Assembly (NCBI GenBank): GCA_905182615.1
Contig: CAJJCG010000034.1
Coordinates: 1-64,000, forward strand
Direction: 5' to 3'
Source: Alphaproteobacteria bacterium UBA2964
GTDB taxonomy: Bacteria; Pseudomonadota; Alphaproteobacteria; MPNO01; UBA2964
DNA: 64,000 nucleotides
The position numbers were made by a program, and so were the translations under genes. Positions 9,181 through 18,963 of this stretch are shown piece after piece; position 1 is the stretch's first letter; the number at the start of each line of letters is the position of its first letter. The notes below the pieces were generated by a model. It worked only from the letters and a program-made list of their open reading frames with translations, had not been told where the DNA came from and made no database searches.

Positions 9181-11030
9181 TCCGAAAAACATCTACCGGC
9201 TCGTTCCGGCGTCTTATGGGTTGTGATCCTAAAACCTTCAGCACGACGTTTTTTGTAACTTTTTGCGCGACGGCGCCACTCACCAAAACAGTGACATCGC
9301 TATCGCTATCGGCCAGTGGTTTGCAGAGCTGTTCAATACGTTGTGCCAAATTTACCGTATAGCCAACCAGCGTGTAGTTAATCCGGCCCGGGGCACCGAT
9401 ATTCCCTGCAATGGCACTTCCTGTGTGGATGCCAATTCCCATCTTGATGGTAGGTAATCCGATTGTCGCCCGATGTCGGTTTTCCGTATCAATCGTTTTG
9501 CGGATCGCCAGGGCGGCAGTGGAGGCGCGATTGACGTGATCTGACATCTTTGTGGGGGCTCCCCAAAATGCCATGACGGAATCACCGATATATTTATCGA
9601 TTGTGCCCTCGGTTTCTTCGACGCAACTAGCGATTAATCCGAAATGCTCGTTGAGCAGGTGTGCTACTTCTGATGCGGCCAGAGATTCGGAAAATGTCGT
9701 GAAGCTTCTAATGTCGGTAAACATCACGGTGACGTCACGCTCTGCGGAGGCTAGTCGGCATGAGGTGCTTTCGTCGCTGAGAAGTTGATGAACCAGTGTC
9801 TTGGGAATGTAGGTCTCAAAGGAATGTAGGTCTCAAACCACTTCAACCCGGTGGTCATGGAATTGAACGCGACAGTGGCATCATGCAGTTCAATCAGTCT
9901 GCTGCGGTTAACATGCGGCGGTGGATCAAGTTTTAACGTTCTGATCTGGTAGGCCGCCACCGCAAGCCCTCGCATGGGCTGTGCCATGCGCCGCCCGAAC
10001 CATAAGGTGACGCCGACGGCGAAGAGCACGACAACCATTCCCGTTACGCCAGCACGCCACAATCGTGAAAATTCCGTACCCCAGATATTTTCCAGCTTGA
10101 TGTAACGCCCGGCATAAATTGGAACAGCGGATAATCCATCGAGCCGTTGATATATAATGGCGTAGATCTCGTCCTTATAATAGGGCAGGTGGCAGCGCGT
10201 TCGCTATGTCCACCCGTTTTAGTTTTTTGTTCCAAATGTTCTCCAGAACGGGATCGCCAATCGTGCGCCGGCTGGGGATCGGTTCGTCTTTATCCCGGGA
10301 ATAGCTGCCACCTGCCATATGGGCGTGTGCCAAAACATGTTTGTCACCATAGAACAGAAAACAGCGTGCCTCGTTAGCTGTCGTGTCTATCTTCGCTAGA
10401 TAGCGGGATAAATCAGACAGAGCTAAACTGCTAAAATAGGCCCCGATAAATTTACCATTTCGATATTCCGGGGTCCGTCTGTTGAGGAGTGTCGCTCTAA
10501 TTCTGTTGGCCCAAACCAGGTCTCCCCAAAATGGTTTGCGCACAGTAGGGGTTTCCATAAACGCTGTTTGAAATACCTTTCGGTCACTCCAGTCTTCTTT
10601 GGTGAGCTGGAAGCCATCGCCGACCCGGCTCAACAATGATGCCTGCAATTCCTTGGAAATAAAGGCGGCGTTAATGACCTGTGGTGTTAGGGCAAGACTG
10701 CTACGCATGCGCGCCCCCAAGGGTTTACATATTATCAAGATCAATATCTCCAGCGGCAATTAACGCCGTGATAGCAGAAGTTTATTCCACCATCGGGTTG
10801 ATATGGTCGCGCAGCCGCTGGTCCAGTAAATCAACTGTCAGCTCAGAACGATCGCGTATCAAGCTGAGGGTATTTTCGCGCGCGATCCACAGTCCTATGC
10901 CGAGAACACCAGCGGCGGCAACAAAGATCAAAAACTCAAACCCCAGCGTAAGGGCGGTGGCAATCGACATGCGAAACCGCGGCTGCGCCTCTGACGTTTT
11001 AGGAAAATATTCATTCTCAGGCACAGTCAT
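9173..11030 (-). pseudogene. Membrane-bound class III adenylate/guanylate cyclase (TM, periplasmic sensor, TM-HAMP, cyclase), multiply disrupted
   Basis: Four consecutive same-strand ORF fragments sit in frames 0, 2, 1 and 2 (10782-11030, 10175-10759, 9751-10062, 9173-9727). The last fragment carries the cyclase core (MFTDIRSFTTFSE...GDSVMAFWGAP). There is also an in-frame TAA at 10779-10781. Confidence 0.85.
9804..9837. repeat. Perfect 17-bp tandem duplication (GGAATGTAGGTCTCAAA x2) causing a frameshift in the cyclase gene
   Basis: Copies lie at 9804-9820 and 9821-9837. Deleting one copy joins the HAMP fragment to the cyclase fragment in frame, giving ...WFETYIPKTLVHQLLSDESTSCRLASAERDVTVMFTDIRSF... 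Confidence 0.95.
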
Positions 11031-11071
11031 CGATGCAGCCTATGGATTGGACGTTGCGCTACGGGCAGCCG

Positions 11072-12532
11072 TCAGTCAGTGACAAGCTTGACGCGTTGTC
11101 CTGGGCGCAGCTGTGCGCTGTCGTGTAATCCGTTTAACACTCTGAAGCGTTCTTCCGAGAAACCGTCTTCACCAGCCATACGGCGCGCTACCGAGGCCAC
11201 CGTATCACCACGCCGCGTGCGGACAATTCTGATCCTCAAGGGCTTAAGGGCTCTGATTTCACGTTTGGTCAAAAGGCGGAAACTATAGGTGGTCCGGCGG
11301 AACGGTTTGGATAGCCGGTTGGTGTCCTGGGATTTGGTCCGAAACATAAAGCGATAGATGGTGTGCAAATCCTTACGGATAGCTATTGCCCGGATAGTTT
11401 GACCACGCTGGTGGAAGAGGCCAGTGGCCGCGTCGAGTCCATTTATGTTTAACCGTTCGACATTCCTCAAATTGGCATTGCGGCCCCAGATTTCCTGCAG
11501 GTAATAGGTGATGGGACCATCTGCAGATCGCTTAGCGGAATCGAAAATGATTGTCGCGTCATTGGGCCCCTTGGCAAATACCGCTTTGGGGGTGTTAAAC
11601 AGGCTAAAGCCTTCCGGGACTTCGAAGCGGAATTTTAGTTTGGGGTGGCTAAAGATCCGGCCTCTGATTAACCCCTGATCGGGAGCGTCGCCGTACAGCA
11701 TGCCATTGATTTTGCGCAGATAGATATTGCGCGCCCGCATCGGCTTTTTGACCTTGTATTTACGCGCTTGCTGGCTGGCGAGACGCACGCGTTCGGCGGG
11801 TGCGGGATGCGTCGCGAGATAATTAAACTCATCAACCTTGTCCGGCGATTTTCCCTGCCGTCTTGCTTGCAACCGTGACGATGCTCGCATCTTGCGCAGA
11901 AAATACACCATCGCCTCCGGGTCATAGCCGGCGCGTGACATGTAGCGTAGCGCCAGACTGTCGGACTCGAGCTCATGTTCCCGCGAATAGGAGCGCAAGG
12001 CACTACCAACAACGAGACTGCCGAGATCTGCTGCGGCCCGTCCGCCAGCGATACCGACACCGGCTAACAATATATTGGCCAGCAGGCCTTGGCCTTCGCG
12101 CCGGCCATGATGCAGCGCGTTGATATGACCGAGCTCATGCGCCAATACACCTGCGAGTTCGGCTTCATTTTCAGCGAGGGCCATTAGGCCACGGCTGATA
12201 TAGATATAGCCACCGGGCAGGGCGAACGCGTTGACGATCTTCGAGTTAAGCAAGGTGAATGTGTATTTGAAGGTCTTACGCTCGACGGTGCGGGCTAAAA
12301 GCTGGCCTATACTGTCGACGTAACGGCGAAGTTCGGGTGAGCCAAACCGACCACCAAACGCTTTGATGATCTGTGGATGCTGTTCGCGTCCGACGCGCAG
12401 CTCCTGTTCGTTACTGGACATGCCTGTAAAGACGCTTTCGCCTGTGGCGGGGTTGGTCGTACAGCCAGACAGGCTGGAGAAGAGGAGGCCTGCGGTTAAG
12501 CCAACGGCTATAAGTTGACGGGATTTTTCCAC
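11072..12532 (-). CDS. M48-family zinc metalloprotease lipoprotein with C-terminal LysM-like domain
   Basis: 486 aa with lipobox LSGC, zinc motif AHELGHINALH and a C-terminal GDTVASVARRM...LNGL...LRPGQRVKLV segment. Confidence 0.9.
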   Translation of the reverse strand: MEKSRQLIAVGLTAGLLFSSLSGCTTNPATGESVFTGMSSNEQELRVGREQHPQIIKAFGGRFGSPELRRYVDSIGQLLARTVERKTFKYTFTLLNSKIVNAFALPGGYIYISRGLMALAENEAELAGVLAHELGHINALHHGRREGQGLLANILLAGVGIAGGRAAADLGSLVVGSALRSYSREHELESDSLALRYMSRAGYDPEAMVYFLRKMRASSRLQARRQGKSPDKVDEFNYLATHPAPAERVRLASQQARKYKVKKPMRARNIYLRKINGMLYGDAPDQGLIRGRIFSHPKLKFRFEVPEGFSLFNTPKAVFAKGPNDATIIFDSAKRSADGPITYYLQEIWGRNANLRNVERLNINGLDAATGLFHQRGQTIRAIAIRKDLHTIYRFMFRTKSQDTNRLSKPFRRTTYSFRLLTKREIRALKPLRIRIVRTRRGDTVASVARRMAGEDGFSEERFRVLNGLHDSAQLRPGQRVKLVTD

Positions 12533-13374
12533 TTTAAATTCTTTATTTTGTCTAGATGGGATGCTTCAATCATGGCGCCGTTGAATTTTTTTAGCCAGCC
12601 CCGAACGCGGATCTTTTCCCCCTGGTAGGGATCGATGGTGGGCCCCTTACGCCAGAATTGCCGCATTGTTCTGGGAGACATGGTGATTGTGAAATACTTA
12701 CGTCAGTTTTCGCCAAAGTTGAGATAGGCGCGTCCCCAGACGACGACAGCTTTCAGGACCTTGGCCTCGATGAGCTGAAAATTTCGCAAATACCGCTGGG
12801 TCTGCTGGTGATTGATAATACGGTAATAGGAATGTCCCCATATACCGAGTTTTGCTTTGCTGGCGTTTCTTTCATGTTTGAGCATTTCGGCGATCCGCGA
12901 ACGGTTGTCGGGAAAGCTGTAAACCCGCACCATGCCAGCTTCAAGCAACGCGCCCTGAGTCCAATTTAGATTCTTAAAAAATAAATGAGCAAGAAGCCGT
13001 CCGTGACGATCAATTTTACGGCCGCTATAATTTAACGTGAGATCTTTCCCTAATAAGAGTTTTGTGAGTACCGCCTTGGAGACCGGCGCCAAAGGCCGGG
13101 TCGGGAAGTTTCAACGTTCCAACGGTAATTTGGGAGACTGAATGCTGACGAGGCGAACTTCAGTGCCGTTATTTAGGACCAGCGTGTCACCATCGACAAC
13201 CGATTTTACAGCCCCCTTGGCGACAGGCCCCGGCCATTGTGCCGGGGGCTTACGGGCGATGGCGGGACCGGCTGCGCTGGCGATCACCAAACAAGCTAGG
13301 AGAAATCGGGGTGTCGCGAGATTTCGGCGCATTGGCGGGATTATTCTGCAGCGTTTCACGGGCTGTCTTTCCAC
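12508..13374 (-). pseudogene. Thermonuclease (SNase) family gene interrupted by two in-frame TGA codons
   Basis: A single reading frame runs 13374 to 12508 and gives the signal peptide, VVDGDTLVLNNGTEVRLVSIQSPKLPLER-TGA(13111-13113)-NFPTRPLAPVSK...YLNFGEN-TGA(12703-12705)-RKYFTITMSPR...IRVRGWLKKFNGAMIEASH. The tail overlaps the M48 start by 25 nt. Confidence 0.8.
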
Positions 13375-13477
13375 GGACTAATTCGTCGGCTATAGAATAA
13401 CGCCAATCCTACCAATTACCCAATGACCAGATATCGGGTGGTTGAACTTAGTACAGTAGAAGTCAGAGTTTTTGTTA

Positions 13478-14428
13478 ATGACCCGCGAACAGCTTTTCCC
13501 ACCCATTAACCCCTATGAGTCCGGTCGCTTAGCGCTGGACGGCACCCACATTATGTATTGGGAACAATCGGGTAATCCGCATGGCGTTCCGGTGGTCTTT
13601 TTACATGGGGGGCCGGGAGCCGGGGCAACACCGGTGCATCGTCGGTTTTTCGATTCGTCGGCATATCGCGTCATCATATTTGATCAACGTGGGGCGGGAA
13701 GGTCCGAGCCACAGGGTGAGCTAACCAACAACACGACGCAGGATCTCATTGACGACATCGAGGCCCTGCGGGTTCATCTCGGCATTGATCGCTGGATGAT
13801 CTTTGGCGGATCGTGGGGCAGTACATTAGCTTTGGCGTATGGCCAGACCCACCCTGACCGCTGCATTGGGTTTGTCTTGCGCGGTATTTTCCTGGGCCGA
13901 CAGCAGGAGCTCGATTGGTTTCTCTATGGCATGAAGACGGTCTTCCCGGAAAACTGGAACCGTCTCGTTGAACAGCTTCCGATCGAAGAACGCAGCGACA
14001 TCCTGACCGCTTACCACCAACGCCTGATGAATACTGACCCTCGCGTGCATCTGCCGGCAGCGCGGGCCTGGAGCGCTTTTGAGGGAGCCTGCTCGACCTT
14101 GTTGCCGAGCCCCGAGACCGTGGCAGCTTTCAGCAGTGATGCGTTGGCTTACGCTTTGGCGCGGATCGAAACCCATTACTTTGTCAATGATCTGTTCATG
14201 GAAGAAGATGCGCTTCTTAAGGGTGTTGACCGAATCCGCGATATTCCGGGCGTTATTATTCAGGGCCGCTATGACATGGTCTGCCCGATCACCACGGCCA
14301 ACGCGCTGCATGAGGCGTGGCCGGAGGCCGAATATGTTGTTGTGCCGGATGCCGGTCATTCGGCAATGGAACCCGGTATTCGGGCAGCGCTGATCCGGGC
14401 GTCGGAACGGCTTAAGCATCGCCGCTAG
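13478..14428 (+). CDS. pip: Prolyl aminopeptidase (proline iminopeptidase)
   Basis: HGGPG oxyanion motif and nucleophile elbow GGSWGSTLAL, in an alpha/beta hydrolase of about 316 aa. ATG 13478 is preferred over the track's TTG 13472. Confidence 0.92.
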   Translation: MTREQLFPPINPYESGRLALDGTHIMYWEQSGNPHGVPVVFLHGGPGAGATPVHRRFFDSSAYRVIIFDQRGAGRSEPQGELTNNTTQDLIDDIEALRVHLGIDRWMIFGGSWGSTLALAYGQTHPDRCIGFVLRGIFLGRQQELDWFLYGMKTVFPENWNRLVEQLPIEERSDILTAYHQRLMNTDPRVHLPAARAWSAFEGACSTLLPSPETVAAFSSDALAYALARIETHYFVNDLFMEEDALLKGVDRIRDIPGVIIQGRYDMVCPITTANALHEAWPEAEYVVVPDAGHSAMEPGIRAALIRASERLKHRR

Positions 14429-14528
14429 AGTTGGCGTGTAACATTCGGTTTGCAGCTTTTCGGCTGCGGCTTGCCGATTGCGCTGTGAGGGCTGATCCTT
14501 AAGATCACAAAAATATTTATTCTTTGTC

Positions 14529-15413
14529 ATGCGGTGGTTTGATATGAAACATAAACGGCATATTTTTTTGGCTTTAGTAGCACCTCTTGCAGTGCTGACA
14601 TTTGCACCAACGGCTCATTCCGGAACGACCGCGTATGATATGTCGCGGCTATTGAACGAGCCGCACCCGTTTGCTGCCGATGTTGTTGTACAGTTCCCGC
14701 CAACGATTGTGGCGTTGCAGCCATCTGGTGCCAGCACTTATACAACACCTGGTTGGGCGACTGGTCTCGTCCGTCAAGGGCAACCTTATCCCGTCCGCCG
14801 ATCAAACAGGCCAGCATCAAGCCAGCCCGCCCCTCAAGGCGCTGGTGCGTCGACGATCCCTGGATCCTTGCCGCCGCAGCTGGCTTTTCCGATGCCGACC
14901 TCTATCCCAGCGTCGAAATCCGCTGCCGTGACATCGGTCATCAGGGCGCCGGCAAAGAAGCCGCCCGTTCAGGTGAGCCAGGCCAGCTTGCGATCTGACG
15001 ATCTAAGTTATTTGACCCTTGGCGCGGGCTATTACGATATCAATGACAATCAGGGCGCGGCTGAGTTTCGTCTCGAGTGGCGCCTTAAGGAGATGTTCTG
15101 GAAAATTCATCCCTTTGTCGGTCTGATGGGGACAAGCGACGCCGCCATTTATGGATATGGTGGCATCGCATTCGATTGGAAGCTCGGTAAGTTTGTCTTC
15201 ACGCCCTCCTTTGCGGCAGGCGCCTATCGTGATGGCGATGGCAAAGACCTGGGACACGTTGTCGAATTCCGTTCGGCTCTAGAAATTGCGTATGAATTCG
15301 AGAACCGGCATCGCTTGGGACTGATTTTTTATCATCTGTCGAATGCCAGTATTAGCGATAATAACCCTGGCACAGAAATCCTTAGCCTGGGGTATTCGAT
15401 ACCGCTTGATTGA
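14529..15413 (+). CDS. Acyloxyacyl hydrolase / PagL-like outer-membrane lipid A deacylase family protein
   Basis: Signal peptide, a Pro/Ser-rich linker, then a beta-barrel-like C-terminus with FYHLSNASISDNNPGTEILSLGYSIPL (the His...Ser pair typical of PagL). The start could instead be ATG 14544. Confidence 0.72.
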   Translation: MRWFDMKHKRHIFLALVAPLAVLTFAPTAHSGTTAYDMSRLLNEPHPFAADVVVQFPPTIVALQPSGASTYTTPGWATGLVRQGQPYPVRRSNRPASSQPAPQGAGASTIPGSLPPQLAFPMPTSIPASKSAAVTSVIRAPAKKPPVQVSQASLRSDDLSYLTLGAGYYDINDNQGAAEFRLEWRLKEMFWKIHPFVGLMGTSDAAIYGYGGIAFDWKLGKFVFTPSFAAGAYRDGDGKDLGHVVEFRSALEIAYEFENRHRLGLIFYHLSNASISDNNPGTEILSLGYSIPLD

Positions 15414-16185
15414 GGCTTGACGCTCGCTGAGTGCCGTTAAGCCTGTCGCCACCTTTTTGTGCGACGGTTTTGCTTGACTGAGGGCGAAACGATACGGTTT
15501 TCATTTGATGCGGCGGCTCTTTCTAGCGGTATTCTGCGGATTAGTGATCTTTTCTGACGGTGTTGTTGCGGCACCTGGCAATCAGCCTCGTGCGACCAAC
15601 GCACCAGACTCTGCAACAGAAACGCAATGCCACCCGCGCCCGCATCCTTGGGCAGCAAACCAAGCATTTTACTTTGATCTATGCCCAGCTCCGTAAGATG
15701 CAGTCTAAGCCCTGCGTCGGCGGTGATCGGCTCGACCCCAAAATCCGAATTTGTCTGCCACGCAAGAACCGCTATATGCCTTATAGCCGCTGGGGTCCTG
15801 CTGCTGGCCGCTACCGCGCGCGCGACAAGTTTGATCTTATTGCCTGTGCAGGAGGCCTTAAGGGTCGTTACCGTCCCGGTAAACAACATGCCCAGCTGCC
15901 CTCACAATCGGCGCGAATGTATAGCACGGCGTTGAAGCGGCTGACGCGGGCCGCTCATCATTATCGGGCCAAGCTACAAAATATGTACAAAGAAGCGCCG
16001 CGCAAAACGGTCTGCGAGCGCCGCGCCTGTATGATTGCTATACGCAAGGGGTGTGAGGATATCGCCCGGCTTTTCTGCAAATAGCGGGTTTTCGCTAAAT
16101 CGGGTTCTGCCGGGGTTTATTTTCGGCTTCACTATCGTATCGTTGGACAATACAAGATAATACTTCCAACAAACGGATTACTGCG

Positions 16186-17643
16186 ATGAAACCCACCAAC
16201 CTGCTCTTCATAATGGCCGATGAACATAACCGGGCGATGATGAGTTGCAGCGGTCATCCGTTGGTAAAAACACCAAACCTTGATGCGCTGGCGGCGCGCG
16301 GTACCCGCTTTACCAATGCCTATACAAACTGCCCGATCTGCGTACCGGCCCGCGCCTCGATCGCGACGGGGCGTTATAATCACGACATTCGCTATTGGGA
16401 TAATGCCACCGCCTATGACGGGCGTATCAAGGGCTGGGGTCATCGATTGCAGGATGCCGGGGTTCCGGTCGAATCAATTGGCAAGCTGCATTACCGGCGC
16501 GATGAAGATCCGCTCGGCCTCGATGTGCGTCAGGTGCCGATGTATATCAAGGATGGTGTCGGGTCGATTTCTGCCGCTCTGCGTGATCCGATGCCGCCAT
16601 TTGATCCGGCGTCCAAAGAGAAGCCTGGCTTCGCCTCTAAAGCCTGTGGGGGCGAGTCGAACTATACTAAATATGATCTCAAGGTTGCTGATCTGGCCTG
16701 TGAATGGCTGGAAGGCGATGTCGCAGCAGATGGTGAAAACCCCTGGTGTCTCTATGTCAGTTTCCTATCACCGCATTATCCGCTGACCGTGCCAGAGCCG
16801 TTCTTCAGCCTCTATGATCCCGCCGACATGCCTGATCCCAAGCTCGACCCTGAAGGTGGCTATGAGCGTCATCCCTGGGTTGATGTCCTGGCGTTGCGCC
16901 AGCCGCATGCCAATGGCCTGACGCCGGAAAAATCACGTGCTGCAATGGCGGCTTATCTCGGGCTATGCTCATTTATTGATCATCAGATTGGCCGGGTGCT
17001 GGAGGCACTTGAGACGGCCGGACTCACCGAGAATACGCGTATCATCTATACCAGTGATCACGGCGAAAATGCTGGCGCCCGCGGGCTGTGGGGCAAATCG
17101 GTGATGTATGAGGAAAGCACTGGTATTCCGATGATGGTCGCCGGACCGGATGTGCCGGTAGGGCAAATCTGTGATACGCCAGTGTCGTTGGTTGATCTTT
17201 ACCCGACAATTACCCAGGCCATCGGGATTGCGCCTGTTGACGCCGAAGTTGACCTGCCTGGAAACTCGCTGCTTGATATTGCGGCGGCAGGATCTGATCC
17301 GGAACGCATCGCGTTTAGCCAGTATCATGCCAGCGCCTCGCCGACCGGAGGGTTTATGCTGCGTAAGGGCAAGTACAAGTTCAATTACTATGTCGATTAT
17401 CCCCCGGAGTTGTTTGATCTCGAGGCTGACCTAGAGGAGGAAAACGATATCGCGGGTGACCCGGCCTATGCCGATATATGCAAGGAATACGAAGCCTTGC
17501 TGCGGCGGATCGTTGACCCCGAACTTGCCGATCGGCAGGCCAAGGATGACCAGAATGCGATCATCGAATTTCACGGCGGCCGCGAGAAAATTCTGCGCGA
17601 CAAGTTGGGCGTGCAGTCCTATACGCCCGCGCCGGAGGTTTAA
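16186..17643 (+). CDS. Cys-type sulfatase (formylglycine-dependent), no signal peptide
   Basis: 485 aa. The N-terminus MKPTNLLFIMADEHN enters the conserved core immediately. The CxPxR motif is C-V-P-A-R (NCPICVPARASIATG), followed later by SDHGE. Confidence 0.9.
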   Translation: MKPTNLLFIMADEHNRAMMSCSGHPLVKTPNLDALAARGTRFTNAYTNCPICVPARASIATGRYNHDIRYWDNATAYDGRIKGWGHRLQDAGVPVESIGKLHYRRDEDPLGLDVRQVPMYIKDGVGSISAALRDPMPPFDPASKEKPGFASKACGGESNYTKYDLKVADLACEWLEGDVAADGENPWCLYVSFLSPHYPLTVPEPFFSLYDPADMPDPKLDPEGGYERHPWVDVLALRQPHANGLTPEKSRAAMAAYLGLCSFIDHQIGRVLEALETAGLTENTRIIYTSDHGENAGARGLWGKSVMYEESTGIPMMVAGPDVPVGQICDTPVSLVDLYPTITQAIGIAPVDAEVDLPGNSLLDIAAAGSDPERIAFSQYHASASPTGGFMLRKGKYKFNYYVDYPPELFDLEADLEEENDIAGDPAYADICKEYEALLRRIVDPELADRQAKDDQNAIIEFHGGREKILRDKLGVQSYTPAPEV

Positions 17644-17691
17644 GCTGTACCCTATCGCGTCGTATAGCAGGTTATGCTACAGCGCAATTGC

Positions 17692-17731
17692 GCACCCGTA
17701 GCTCAGTAGGGTAGAGCACAGGATTCTTAAT
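17692..17731 (+). pseudogene. Truncated tRNA: 5' half only (acceptor 5' strand, D-arm, 5' anticodon stem and loop reading CTT, Lys-like)
   Basis: GCACCCG TA GCTC AGTAGGGTA GAGC A CAGGA TTCTTAA, after which the sequence turns into an AT-rich non-tRNA stretch. No complementary TCCTG, T-arm or 3' acceptor strand follows. Confidence 0.6.
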
Positions 17732-17925
17732 ATATAGTCTCAGCCTATCTATCTAAAAAGATAAAGGGGAACAATCGGTTATACTCTATAGGTTTGTTCA
17801 ATATTCCCCTGTTAATGATTTGTGAAAATTATTCACCATTCTTCTAATTGGTTTAACCCAATCCTGCTGACCAGGAAAACGAACGAGTTGTCGCTTCTTG
17901 TTAGAAGGATTACTCTGATTATAGT

Positions 17926-18002
17926 GGTCCCGTAGCTCAGTAGGATAGAGCGCGAAATTCCTAATTTCGAGGCCAGTGGTTCGAATCCACTCGGGATCAC
18001 CA
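17926..18002 (+). tRNA. tRNA-Arg (anticodon CCT)
   Basis: 77-nt cloverleaf folded by hand: GGTCCCG/CGGGATC acceptor, GCTC/GAGC D-stem, CGAAA-TTCCTAA-TTTCG anticodon arm, AGTGG-TTCGAAT-CCACT T-arm, and an encoded CCA. Confidence 0.95.
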
Positions 18003-18057
18003 GAATCATTCCCTACCTGTCCCACGAATAGGCTATTGTCCCGACACCCCCGAGAGG

Positions 18058-18963
18058 GTGAAATGCCTTATGAAAAAAAATGCATCTGTCATCGGCTATA
18101 TCTTAGTTATTATCGCGGCACTCGCGTTCGCCGGTAATAACGTCTTTGCCGTCTGGGTATATGACGGTGGTACAAAGCCACTAGCGCTCATAACCGTTCG
18201 AAATATATTCGCGTTGATCGCCTTGACGGTAATGATGATGATAGCGGGGCGGACCATCTCCCTGCCCCGGCCAGAACGCAACGCTGCGCTCGGATTAGGA
18301 CTGCTCAACTCGACGATGGCGTTCTGTCTGATGTCGGCCTTCAACCATATTGCTGTAGGTCTCGCCGTCCTGATTTTCTACCTGTACCCGGTGTTTACGG
18401 GGCTTGGCGCGTGGTTGTTGCGCCGAGAAGTTCTCAACCGAGGCATATTTGTCGGCTTGGTCGGCAGTTTTGCCGGCCTAGCCTTAGCGTTAGGCGATAC
18501 GGGTGGAATTACCAGCATGCGGGGCATGGCCTTTGCAGCCGCCGCAGCTCTGATTATGACCTGCGTTATCCTGATCAGCGGACGCCTACTAAGGACCGAT
18601 AATGTGCGCGCGGTCACGCTACATATGCATATTTCTGGATCGTTAATGTTCGTTGTAATAAGCCTGATTGTAGGCGATTTCTCGTTGCCACAAACAGACC
18701 GCGGCTGGGTGGGAATTATTGCGGTTCCGGTATTTTACACAATTGCCGTCGCAACGTTTTTTGCCGGTATTGCATGGATAGGCGGTGTCCGTACATCCCT
18801 AGTCATGAACCTCGAGCCGATAGCCAGCATCGCTCTTGGATCCATCTTGCTAAGCCAGTTCTTGTCAGATCGGCAGCTTATTGGCGCGGCACTTGTTATC
18901 GCCGCAGTGACTGCCGTTAAGTGGCTAAACGGCAAGAAAACAGCTTCTAAAAACTCTACTTGA
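18058..18963 (+). CDS. DMT-superfamily (EamA-like) transporter
   Basis: 301 aa, about 10 predicted TM helices, two EamA-like halves. The start may be ATG 18070. Confidence 0.82.
   Translation: MKCLMKKNASVIGYILVIIAALAFAGNNVFAVWVYDGGTKPLALITVRNIFALIALTVMMMIAGRTISLPRPERNAALGLGLLNSTMAFCLMSAFNHIAVGLAVLIFYLYPVFTGLGAWLLRREVLNRGIFVGLVGSFAGLALALGDTGGITSMRGMAFAAAAALIMTCVILISGRLLRTDNVRAVTLHMHISGSLMFVVISLIVGDFSLPQTDRGWVGIIAVPVFYTIAVATFFAGIAWIGGVRTSLVMNLEPIASIALGSILLSQFLSDRQLIGAALVIAAVTAVKWLNGKKTASKNST

Noticed and set aside
12703-13113. Possibility that TGA is reassigned to Trp (genetic code 4), given the TGA at a conserved Trp position in the nuclease.
   Set aside because: TGA clearly terminates well-defined genes in the same window (the helicase at 6928-6930, the S4 protein at 7284-7286, and the BtuF-like protein at 27407-27409 with an ATGA overlap). 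The folE remnant's TGA sits where homologs have Arg, not Trp. Ordinary nonsense mutations are the simpler reading.
15437-16084. Cluster of mutually overlapping ORFs on both strands: 15505-15696 (+) with a signal-peptide-like start, 15560-16084 (+), 15681-15935 (+) and 15437-15889 (-).
   Set aside because: None shows a motif or family I recognise. The plus-strand frames are Arg/Lys- or Cys-rich in a way typical of off-frame translation. I cannot tell which strand, if any, is coding. It may be another decayed gene, but I cannot support a call.
17692-17925. Idea that the tRNA 5' half plus downstream sequence is an intron-containing or split tRNA (group I introns occur in anticodon loops of some alphaproteobacterial tRNAs).
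   Set aside because: No complementary anticodon-stem strand (TCCTG), no T-arm (GGTTCGAATCC-like) and no 3' acceptor strand (CGGGTGC) lies between 17732 and the intact tRNA-Arg. The spacer is only 194 nt and AT-rich, without recognisable group I core elements.
17798-18025. 75-aa minus-strand ORF in the supplied track.
   Set aside because: It runs antisense across the tRNA-Arg gene and the AT-rich spacer, so it is an artefact of ORF calling.
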